From NCBI GenBank assembly GCA_964187785.1, contig OZ076409.1:10914001-10978000 (forward strand): 64,000 bases of DNA, in the 5' to 3' direction. Both the position numbers and the translations under genes were made by a program. This document shows, piece after piece, positions 26,701 through 38,700 of the stretch. How positions within the stretch are numbered: the stretch's first letter is position 1; each line of letters begins with the position of its first letter. A model generated the notes under the pieces. It was given only the letters and a program-made list of their open reading frames with translations, was not told where the DNA came from and made no database searches. The DNA comes from Amphiscolops sp. MND2022. Lineage: Eukaryota.

Positions 26701-29700
26701 ATGACGAGATGTCAATTAGTTCGTAGATATCTAACAAGTTGTTCATTCTGCGGCGAAATTTCTTGGCTGCTGTTTTTCGAGTTTGATTGTTTCACAATGA
26801 ATTTCAGGGTTGATTAGGATTAGGGAAATTATTGGAAAAAACCCTTCATTTTGATTGGCTGTTCAATCATTTTAATCCTTTTTAATCTTCAGGTGTTGGC
26901 GATATGTCGACATCGAGTTTTATTGGTTGTTGGTTAAATTAATTTGCTCGGCTGAGCTTGTCAACGTTATGCTGACGTCATTGCGCTAGCTTAGCTAACT
27001 TTGATTTTTGTCACCGTTTTGATGACGTCATTTTAGGATATCGGATTAATTTCTTAACCCAGATAACCTTTTTGTCAACGTTATGCCGACGTCAATTTCG
27101 CTAGCTTAGCTAACTTTTGATTTTGTCACCGTTATGATGACGTCATTTTAGGATATCGGATTAATTTCTTAACCCAGATAACCTTTTTGTCAACGTTATG
27201 CCGACGTCAATTTCGCTAGCTTAGCTAACTTTTGCTTTTGTCACCGTTATGATGACGTCAATTTGGTTGTTGTTTTCAGATTCCTGCTATTTGTGATGAA
27301 TCAAGAAACTCCTCGGTTTCGTCTTGACACCGGCGCTCAGAGCGGCAATGAGACCCAGTTTGTCTTTTCTGAGGGAGACATTTATCCGAGTGATGCGGAC
27401 GTTGTTCGTCGGCCTGCAACAGGTGAGTTTGTTGTTCCCCATTCCTTTAAGCTTTCCGTGAATTAATGCTATTTACAGATTGGCCTTTTTCTGTTTGCAT
27501 CTTTCACAGCTTAGATTTTCTGACGCGTCGTTATGGGATGTTTATTTGTTGCCAGAACCGACGTTTTCTTCTCCTTTGGCTGGGGCTTCCAACACTGCGC
27601 TCAAAGCTTCTCTTCCTGGTGATCTCTCTGGAGTTTCTCTTGTGCCTCTTGCTGATTCGACGCACCATGCTACTGATTCTCCAGTTGATGTTCCTGCTCC
27701 TGCCTCTCCCGATTTGCATGGCTCTAGTGATTCTGACGTTCCCTTGGCTGACATCATCAAGGTTGCTGCTCCCACTGTTGTTGCGGTCGCTCACGAAGGT
27801 GAGGGGGCTCCCCCCCTCTCAGAGAGGGAGCAGGGAGTAGCCATACTACTATTTCTCCGCGGTTTTCGTCATTCTTGGTACAAGAAGTAGCATCCGGCGG
27901 AGCTGAAGCAGTGTCGTCGAAGAATAAACGTGGTGAGTTGGTCTGTTGATGACTTTTAAATCTTTATGTGTGTACGTGCGAGTGAGAGAGAAAGGAAAAA
28001 ATGAAGGGAATTGTATCGTTGTGGTTGTCTCAGCTGATGCGAGGAAGTTTCTTTCTGTTTTAGTGCAGCTTATTGTCCCTGAGGGTGGTGGGACTGATGA
28101 CCAGTCGGCTTCGAAGTCTTCTTTGAAGGATAGGACGGGTTATGCTGTACCGACTGTGCGATTCAGTTTGTTGGACGCAGACGAGACGTGTGAGGTGGTT
28201 ACTGCGTTGCCTGGCATGTCTGTGCAATCTGGTGAGGTGTTGAGGGCTGGCATTTCAGATGCAGAGAATCACACGTTGGACCCTTTCGTTGCTCGTGAGT
28301 ATATTCTTGTATTTGGTGTATCAACTAATTGGAGCGATTCGTCTTTTCTGTTTGTTTCCACAGTTTTGTCTCGTGGTGCTTAGTTATGTGATAGTTGGTT
28401 TATTGCAGGTTTTGAAGAATTGATCAATCGGATGGAGACGACCTTGGAAAGTGCTGATCGCAGTCGGAAACGTGTGTATAGCCCGAAATCATCTTCGACG
28501 GGATATGGTCGTTGGAAATCCCATCTATGAGCTTTTCGTTAGCGGCTCAAGTACTGGCTCCAGCAAGCTGTTTCACTGCACGATTTGTCAGCGGGACGTC
28601 TCCATGGAGTCGCGGGGTGCTGCCGAGTTTAGTCGGCACTTTTTTGGGAAACGTCACTGGCAACTCGATGTCACTTATCGTGTGCAGAATGGTTTGCCGG
28701 TATACAATCGCCTCATGGATCCCATGGTTCTAAGTGATGCACAGTTGGAAGAGTACCGCAATCGTCCTAGTAAAGGAAAAGATGAGGGATTCAGTTTCCC
28801 CGAAGATTTGCTTCCTGCTTGTGTTCAGCCAGATTCGAGCGTGCCCCTCATGACGATGGTTAATTGCTTGATCGAACTGTTGCGATTTGGTGGTAGTTAT
28901 ACCCTTTTGCGGAAGTTGTGGGGATGTTTCCGTGCAACTCTTGGACCCGAGAACCCTCTGTACAGCATACAGTGGAGCCGACCGGAGTCATTGGTTGGTA
29001 TTTTTGTTTTGGTTTTGATTCAGATGGGGGTTTGTTCCTCTTTTTTTTCTTTTGCTGTTTTTTCCTTTCTTTTCCCCTTTTTTTTTGTTTAAATATAGTG
29101 GGCATTCGTCGTTATGTTTTAGTCGTTGATCTGTGGAGCCCTCTTCCCTCGAGTGTTGCGCGCTCTCGTTGCTCGGATTAGTGCCTTTCGAGAATACAGT
29201 GTCTTCTTTGCGGAGGTGGATGGTTTGCACAAGTGCTTTGTTCAAACTTTTGATGACCACACGTTGATGAGCGTCTGTGTGAGGGTGGAGTCAGTTGGGC
29301 AACGTGTTCCTGAAGCTGAGTTAGCTGGACTATCTCGCGTTATTGATAGTACTGCCTCATGTCAGATGCCGTTGTCCTGTCATGGTGGTAGTCCGACCTT
29401 GTTGCGGGTTTTCAGCGATACTCGAGTGGATGGACGTGAGTTCCTCATGTATCGGGAGTTCGACGCTGAAGTATTTTTGTATTGCTTCCGACTTGCTCAT
29501 CAGGAAGTGTTCGGTGGCCTAGAGACTACGACGATGGTCGATTATCTCATGCTTCGGTTGCGAGGTGCTCTGCAGGAGTCCTGGTGTGAGAGTGTGCCTA
29601 ACCTTCGTCGCTGCATCGTTGCTGGCCGTGTCGACTTCGTAGATTTGCAAGCTGTCGTTACTGACTTGATTGCCGTGTGGTCCTCGGTGCAGGATTTTGT

Positions 29701-32700
29701 CAGACACACTGGTCCTCGACATTTCAAGACTGGAGCTGGCCGAGTAAGAAATTCTTTGTCTTTCTTTTCTTTTTTTTTCTCATAGTCGGGATTTTCCATG
29801 TAGTCTTCATTGCTCATGTGATTGTGAACGGGTCTTTAGTAGTGTTGGCTGTATGTTGCAGATGCGTGGCACTGATTGGCATGTCTACTCTGAGTCTTCT
29901 GGCGAATTGCGTCTGGGCCTGCTCTTGCATATCCTCGAACTCCGTGAGCATGATTCTGGTGTCTAGTTTTCTTGGGTTTTCATGTAGCGTGTTTGTTATG
30001 TGTTATTTTCTTTGTGCACGGAGTGGGTGGGGGAAACACTGTTGTTTTTTTGAGGCTTCGAGCGAGCGAAGCGAAGCGACGAAGTCTCTATTGTTCCGCG
30101 TTTACTAGCGTTTTGGTTTTTTTTTCGCGTGACATACCCTCTGCATTTGTATTAATTGAAGGCTATTTTCTCAGAGCCTATTTTTCCGCGACCATCCAAA
30201 CTTTCCAAAAAGAAACGCAACTTGATGCTCTTTCTAACCGTGTAAAAACTCTCCGAAAATTTTCCACCGGCGCGATTTTATTAGCTTCGAAAGCGCGAAA
30301 TTTTCGAAAATTTTTAGGGTTTTTGTCGATTTTGCTATTTTTCTTTTCGCAAACCACAGCGAATTGGCCCGATGTAGGTACTAACCGACCTAAAACGATG
30401 TTTTCTTTAATTTGGTGAAAGTTTTTTTATCCTAGAATTATTGGGCTTTGCGAAAATGACCATTAAAAATAGGAAAAATTTTCGGTTTTTTTGCGTAAAA
30501 ATTTTCTCAACCTATTTTCAAGTAGCAATCAGTTCTAATCCAAGCAGTGGTGTTTCTACTCGATAACAGGTCTGCTTAGCTGCCCAAAGTTAGAAATTGG
30601 AAAGTCACAACGTTTACGTCGGACAGATGGAGACAAAAAAGTTTTCAAATTTTTTGAATTTTTGATAAATTGCTCTCTTTATTCAATTTTGTAAAAGTTT
30701 TGGCCTATTTTCTCGGAGCCTAATACTTCGAGACCATCCAAAAACTCAACAAATTGTTGGATCTGAATTTGTTGGTGAAGATTTAAATGTTGTTGGATTT
30801 TCGGGCAGTTCATTGTATATTATACAAATTGTGCTTTACTACGAATCTTGAAATAAATGAATATTTGATCCTTCAATTTTTAAATATACATTTTCCAAAC
30901 TAATCTTAGGAAGGAGTGAAATAGACGAAGTTACCGGATCGGTCTTGTAAAAATGCATAGATTGCGGTATGATTACCCCTAGTAACCCTCCTACTGTCTT
31001 ATTTGCACGGCTGTTGTTAAAAATGCTGACTTCATCCTTGGAAGGTTTTTATTTATTTATACTGCTAGTAGAAAATGTAAAAATGCTCGAAGACCTATCG
31101 GCAATGTACATTGAATCATATACTCCATAATTGCTCATTGATTTGCTTTGTCTCATGCCTGTAAAATTTTCGGTGAATAGTTTTTTTGTCCATTTTTGAT
31201 GTCGGAAACCAAAGTTTTTTTCAGACCTCTCGATGTATGGGTTTTCGAGAGTGAGATCATATTGGACCACTGGAGTACATACTCACCGTTAGTTATTGAT
31301 GATGTGGTTGTTTGAAGCGTAAAACCGCGAAATTTCCGTTCTTAACGTATTCTATCCAGTGAATATCTGCACAGAAGGTATTATGCATTACCGCAATATT
31401 CCTGAGAGATTTGATGTCATATGCAACGATTAAATCAAGACAACACTAAGTTATATTCACACCTCGCTGTGCAATGATATTCAACTACGTTGTATTGAAA
31501 ACAAAAATGACTTCGGATCTTTCCGTGATTTTGCCCCATTCGCAAATTTTAACAGGTTATTCATCCTCTGGAATACGTTTCCAACGGTGCCCACTGATGC
31601 TGGAAGGTTGTTTGATGCACAATTCAGCTAATTTTTAGAACTGAAAGTATACTTGCTAGTGATGGCACATATCAACCGTCCTATTGATAACTAGGGCAGC
31701 CCTTCCTTTTATATAGTGGTAAAGGCCGAAAAAGTTAAGCTTCATAGGATTAATACCCGCAATTCTTTTCAATTTCATTGTATTCTGAGCATTCTCGTAC
31801 CGTATATAACCTTAGCTATTCGTCATAGCTAATAACTTGGTAATATGGTTCAAATGCACATGATGATAGTCAATTATGGCTGCGGGACCTGTCGCTCGAA
31901 GCCGTGCGCAAATTCCTTTGCGCCTATGTTTTTTTTTCTCCATGTTGGTTATTGGTCGGTATATTGTGTTTCAGACTCGTGTTCGTTCAAGAAACAGTTG
32001 GCTTGTCGCCCTGACTACGGGTTTCATGGTTATATGGAAGTTTGCCAATTTGTCTACTGTTTGTTGTCGCGCAGTCGCAAGCTCGGTTCTCTTCCCAGTC
32101 TGGATGCATGCGAGGAGTATATGGACCCGTCAAAACTGAAAGCTTATGAGAATGTTGCTGCTGCCGATTTTCTGTGTAACCATGAGTTTGGCGCTGTTCT
32201 TCGTCGTCATAAAAGTGGAGAATCTCAAGTTTTCCGGGGCCTCTGTGGCAAATTCATGGATCGTCTTGTCACTGTCATTTTGTCGCAGCAGTCTGTTACT
32301 GGAGATCTTCCGCAAGGTATTTACTCATTCTGTCCGGAGTTGCTACTGGAGGGGGATGACCATCATATGTTATTGTTGTTTCGCAAGTTGATCCGTGTGT
32401 TAGAGCGGAGTGGGGTCAAATCTGCATTGGAGTCAAAGTCAGCTACCGAAGAATATTCGACGTTTGTTGTTGATGCTCGAGCGCGACACGTCAGTAGTGA
32501 AGGGATTGCTGAGGCTATCCAAGATGTTCGCCATCATCTGCTATCCGATTACAGTTTTTTGGCTCGCAAGTCATTGTGTCGAGTGTTCAAACTGTGCTGT
32601 TTGGTTGTCTCAAAGCCTCGGATGACATTTCCAGCAGTAGACTTAGATCGCAGTGGTTGCGCAGTTCCTGAACTTGTTGTCACGACGTGTATTCAGGGCG

Positions 32701-35700
32701 TTCAGAGTTGTGTTGTGTCTTCGGAGTTCAAGCTGGGGTCATTTTTTACAAAGTTTACAATTGGTCAAGTTCGGAAGTCAATTGTCAGTGCTAGTTCCTT
32801 TATGTTATGCTCTGATTTTGACCCTTGGGACGGCTTGTGTAGTGGTGGTCAGTCTGCGTTTGTTGGTCGTTATCGTCGTCTATTCAATGACCGTATCAGT
32901 CGCAAAAGGAGCAACAGTTGTGAATCACCCTGTGATGTGGGTGATCCTGGTCACAGTGTGGAAAGTGGTGGTGAAGGTGGATGTTTCTCACAATCGGAAA
33001 GTCCGGCAGCTTCATCTGTTTCCGCACCCCCATGCTCTTCGTCGGGGGGATCTAGTTCTTTTCGCCCTAGTAAGACGAAGGTGTACGGAAGTATTGCCTC
33101 ATTGCTTGGTCGTAAGAAGAGTGTTGAGGGGACTGGAGAACATGCATCAAAGAAGAGTAAGAAGAAGTCGGGGCAGTCTTCGAGTAAGGGAATTGCTGGG
33201 GGTTCAGAGAGAAAATGAGTTTTCTTTATCTTTGTGTACGCTGTAGTATGAATTGTAGTTGTTGTTTTATTTCTTTGTTGTTATCCTTTGCAATATATTA
33301 TTGAATACAAACTGAAGTATGACATTTTGAGTGATAAAAGGAAAAATACATTTATTCAGGTCGTAGTATGCCTGTAAATTGAAAATTGTCAGGTCGGTTC
33401 GGCCTGGACTCCTGAATTTATCTTTTCATTTTTTAGTGAGTCGTAGTCATTGCGTCAAGTCGTCTAAAGTCAGGGTCAGCATTAGGTTTAGGATTAGGTC
33501 GTAGATTATATTTCGCTGTTTTTCTCGGATTATATCCAACGACTGTAGGCGGAGATTTTGGGGGAATAGGTGGACTTTGAATGGGTGGGGGGCGACGTAT
33601 ATATGGGTTATCCCCTACGTCTGTAGTGAGATTCGAAAAGTCCGGTGACGGCGGTATCATTTCATCTGTATTGTCAGTTAATTTTTGTGGCATCGTGTTG
33701 TCGTCTGTATTTGTCACCTCTTGTATTTCTGTTCTTTGTCCAGTCTCCGTATTTTTTGATGTGTCGAGTTCGTCGATTTGTTTTCCGAAATCCATTTCCC
33801 ACGAGACTGCATACCATTCATTGTGTGATACTTTAACGTCTGGATCCGGTAGGTATTCGTTTGACCGTACTGTGACGTCGGGTATGCGTTGATCTGTCAC
33901 ATAAGGTCGTATTCTGATTCGATGCAGTGTTTGTGTATATCTCGTGCCAATCTTTCGTATTGTGTAGTTATTATTGGAAAGCACTTTGATCACTATGTAC
34001 GGTCCTGTCCAAATGCAATCTTGAAACGCAAACTTTGTCGATTGATTGTCGGCTTTCGGATTGAGTATATAGCAATAGTCGTTGATTTTTAGTGGGGCGG
34101 CTGATGCCTTGCGATCATAGTATTTTTTGTATTTGAGGTAGGATAGCATGATGTTGTCCTTTGCTGTCGCTCGTACCTCGTCTATTTGTTTTTGGATTTG
34201 CTCCGCTATGTCCGAATTGGGTGTTGTTTTCCATTTTGGTTTGATTCCCAGTTTTAGGTCAAGGACATTGTAGGGTATTCGTCCGTGGAATACTGTAGAT
34301 GGTTCGCAGCCCAGAGTCTCATGGTATGTTGTATTGTTGTTCATTACGGCTATTTGGACGTATTTATGCCACATCGAACGTCTTTCGCCCGTGGAAATTT
34401 TTAGTGCAGTTTTGATTGACGCATGTGTTCTTTCCAAAATTCCGATCGTTTGTGCATGTTTCGTGGACGCGTGGCTGATTTGGATCTCGAGTATCTGGGC
34501 TATTTCTGTAACGACTTCTGATCGAAATTGTGAGCCTTTGTCTGATAAGATTAATGTTGGCAAGTATGCGTGTCTTGTCATGACGTCGACAATACATCGT
34601 CCGATTGTTTTCGCTGTGACATTCTGCGTTGGGTATGCAAATCGGTAACGTGAAAATACGTCGATCATCGTAACGATGTTCTGGTATCCCACAGAGTTTG
34701 GCAAATTTGGTAATATGTCAATTTCAAGAATGTCCTCCGGGCCGAGGACGTGTTCTGTATTGTTGATCATTTTTGGTCTGATTTGGCTATTGTTAATCCG
34801 TTTGTATTTGATACAGTCTTCACATTGCATTACCCATTGTCTGATTCTTTTTGCTAGACCGGGGTAATAGTACTTTGATCGGCATTCTTGAATCATTTTT
34901 GTAATTCCTGGGTGTTTTCGCATTTGTCCATGTATTGTTTTCAGAAGTTCTGTAACCAAGTGTTCAGGGATTAGTATTTGGTGGTGGGTGACTTGGCCAC
35001 ATTCGCCGTAATATTTGCGCATTAATATTCCGTCTTTGACAATTAGTCTGTTTTCGTGGATGAGGAGACGTTTTGCTGTCGGATCAGTTTGTAAGAGATG
35101 TTTGTCATATTCTTCACAAATCAATTTCTTTTTGAGTGCTTTGAAAACTAGGTTTGAATCTTGTTCGGCTCTGATGCGCGCGTCTTCTTTTATTGCCCCG
35201 AAGGTGTAGGAAGCTTTGTTTATTGGGATTGGGTTAGTTTCTTTGATAGCTAGTTTAAGTTTTGTCGTCTCTTCGTCGCGCGCATTTTGTCTTGCTTGAT
35301 CTTTCTGCAGGAGTATATCTTCTTCGGTTTCAATATTTTCATCTGGAAGAAAGAAAAGTTGTTCTTCATCTGCGACGTCAGTAGACTGTAGGTTTACTTG
35401 GATTGGGCGAATTGTGATGTCCTCTCTGATTTTTAATTCGACTCTCTCCTTGGGGTTGAGATCAATTCTCGATAGGAAATCAGCTGCTGTATTCTGTGTA
35501 CCAGCCACGTGCATTATGTGGAAATTGAATTGTAGTACATAATCGCACGCGTTCCACAAGGTAGGCGGTATGGCTTTTGTTTGGAAAAACCGCGTTACTG
35601 ATCTGTTGTCTGTCATCACTAAGGTCGGTAGAGTTGTTTCCCACAGGATATGGCTGTATTCTAGGAAGGCGTGGTATATTGCTAAAAATTCCTTGCAATA

Positions 35701-38700
35701 AATTGACATTTTTAGCTGTGCTGGAGAGAATACTTTCGATCCGAATGCGACTGGCGCAAATGTCTTCTTTTTTGAATTGAGTTTTTTGTCGTTGTCTTCT
35801 TCGATCATCAACGCATAGCCCGAGGCTCGGAAACTGGCGTCCGTCATTAGGATGTATTGTCGTCCTGTGATTGGTTGTTTGAGAGCCAATCCACAGGCTT
35901 GCGCCAATGCTGCGTTGATCGCTTTGTAGTGATCGAGTAGTTCTTCTGTGACCTTGATTTGCTTGTCTGCTTTCAATAGTTCGTAAAATCCGAGCAGTTT
36001 TTCGGACAATCGCGGGATGTAGTTGCGATAATAGTTGACAAAACCAATGTACCTCTGTACTTGCTTCTTTGATTTTGGAAATCTCACATTGGCTAAAAAT
36101 TTCTGTATCTTGTGGTCTTGGGGGGCGATCCCTTGTGGGGTGATCGTCCTTCCAAGGAATTCGACTTCAGTCATTTCAAAATGGCATTTGTCAATGGATA
36201 GTTTGAGTCCTGCTTGTCTGATGCATTCGAAGACGGCTCGGATGTTTCGTATCAGCTGCGTCACGGAGTTGGCGGCTATGCCGATGTCGTCCACATATTG
36301 TGCACATTGGTCAGCTTTGATTACTTTATCCAAATATTCCCTCATGAAACTTGAAAATGCCGATAATGCTCTGCTTAGTCCTTGTGCCAGCCATTTGTAT
36401 GCGAAGGTTCTGCTTGCAAAGTTGAATGCTAGCATCTCGATGGATCGTTGGTCTGCCATTTGTAGACAGTGGTATGCTTGGGAGCAATCTAATTTGCAGA
36501 ACAACTTTTTCCCAGCTAAGTGTTGGGCTGCGTCCGACAGGGTGCTGACTGGGTGGTTGTTGGTGATGTAATCGTCTGAAATTAGTGCGTTTATTTTTCG
36601 TAGGTCGACGAGTAGACGCAGTTTGCCATTTGGCTTCCTTTGTGCGAAAATTGGACTTGCATATTTCGAGAATGGTAGGGTCGTTATTATGCCGTACCTA
36701 TGCATTAGTGCTAATTCGACTGTTAGATCCTCTTTCAGGTTAATTGGTACCGGCAAGCTTTGTGTGTAAATTGGACGCTCGTCTTTCGGAGTTAATTTGA
36801 CTTTGAAGCTATTATTGATTCCGATGTCAAGGCGATGTCGGGCAAAGATATCGTTGTATTCGACTATTGTTTGCTCGAGTTGCTTCCTGTCATTGCCTTC
36901 GATTTGAGAACCTTCCCACTGGAACATGTCCAGGAAATGCTTTCGTGATTCTGGATCTTTGGTTGGGTCTAGTTTTTCTTTTTGAATGAGTTCACGGATT
37001 TCTATCAGTATCCTTCGTTGAATTGGTGTATGTTCTTCTTCGTTTCTTGGGTTCTCGGGTGTGGGGAACCAGAAATTTTCACCGTTTTGTTCATTTTCGC
37101 TGGATTTCATGAGTTCATTCACATACATATGTGTGTCATCTGGATCTTGTAGAGTGGTTAGCGTTGCGACGTCTATGGGTCGTATCTGTTTGGTGTCTTC
37201 TGGCCGCAGGATTTGCAATTCTGCCAATTTGGTGTGATTTTTTAAGGTGTGAGGGAAATCTGTCAAGTTGGCTATTCGTAAGTTGATTCGTTTGTTGTGA
37301 GCTGTGGCTAGTGCTGGTGCGATGATGATGGTTGCTGTTTCGTCAAACTGTGGTAGCGGTTGTACTGCTCCTGTGATGTCAATTGCATTAGTAGTTATGA
37401 CTATTGCGTTTACGGTTGTTGTTTGTTGTGGAGGCAGTGTCTGGTTCCCTTCAGTCATGATTTGGAGTGGTTTGGGGTTACAGTTTTTCTTTTCATCTGT
37501 CATGGCTAATGTCATTTCGACATGGGGGAAGGTGATGGTCCCATTGGCTGTATCTATCACTGCTTGGTGATTCCTCATGAAGTTCAGTCCTATTATTGGG
37601 AAGGACGTTTTTGAGAGTATCACGAAGGTGTCCGTGAAGGTATACGTTCCTATGTTGAATTGTATATCGGCTGTGGCTATTGGTTGCTCCAGTTGAGCAT
37701 TTGCGCATTCGATTTTGAAAGGAGGTTGTGGATACTCTTTTATGACACAGTTGTCGCTGTTCATTTTGATTGCATTGTAGTCCGACCAGGACATGGCATT
37801 GATGAACGCACCTGAGTCGACAAGTCCATCCATTGTTATTTCGCCAAATTCTAGTGGCAAGTACAGCATTCTCCTCCTGCTCTTGAGGACTATAGTCGAG
37901 TGGAGAGGTAAGTACGTCTCTCCGTCTTTTTCAGTAACATACTCTTTAATAGAGTTGAGAGATGCGGGGAAATCTTCTGGGAAGATAGGTACTTGGGTGG
38001 AGCCGTGAGTATCTTCCTTTGTTAGTGGTGACGGTGGTTGGTCTTCATGGGCGTTTTCAGTTTGTTCTATTTGGGTTGCGGTGGATTGTGTTGTGTTGGT
38101 GGGGGATGGCTGTATGAGATTTGGGTGTTGTTTATGGTCGTCTCCATGGTCCTCATCTGGTGTTTGCTCTTTTTCGGTTTGTATGAGGGGTCTTCGTATG
38201 GAGGCAAGTGCCTGAGGTCTCAGCCAGTCCTCTGTTGGAGTTCCATCGCATTCTATTGTTTTATCTTTTGTGTAAGTCGTAGGGGGATCGTTCGTTAAAT
38301 ACGCCCTCGCGTCTACTGTTTCCCCGAAGCGCAGGCGCGGCGTAATTAGTTTTTTGAATCAGTGACAGCGTTGGCCTTCGTTTGCTGGACGGGAACGTCC
38401 TTTTTTGATTCTGGATTGTTGTGACGCTTAGGTCGTGGATCATTGGCAGAGTTGTCTCCGTACCAACAATCTTCCGTTTTGTGGGGTTTGCCACATGTTT
38501 CGCATTTGAGCGGTTTGCCTGCACTAGAGTTAGTTTGACTATTGTTTTTTCTGGTTTGCATCCATTTATCTCTCTTCATTTTTCTGCATTCTGCCTTATA
38601 GTGTCCAAATTTGTTGCAGTAGAAGCAATATCCTTTTTTGACATTTTGCGTTGTGTTGTCGACTTGTTTGGGCTCAGTTTTTGCTGGGGCTGGTTCTACC

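Noticed and set aside
31845..31974. N-terminus of the 457-aa ORF 31845-33218 as a stand-alone gene
   Set aside because: The first ~43 codons are HINE end plus intron; coding sequence starts at the acceptor at 31975.
26015..33218. env gene in the post-pol region
   Set aside because: No signal peptide, furin/fusion motif or TM anchor; the large ORFs are antisense and spliced.
38261..38524. 87-aa ORF as the gag-pol bridge
   Set aside because: It is the +1 frame and stops at 38261; the -1 frame is the open one.
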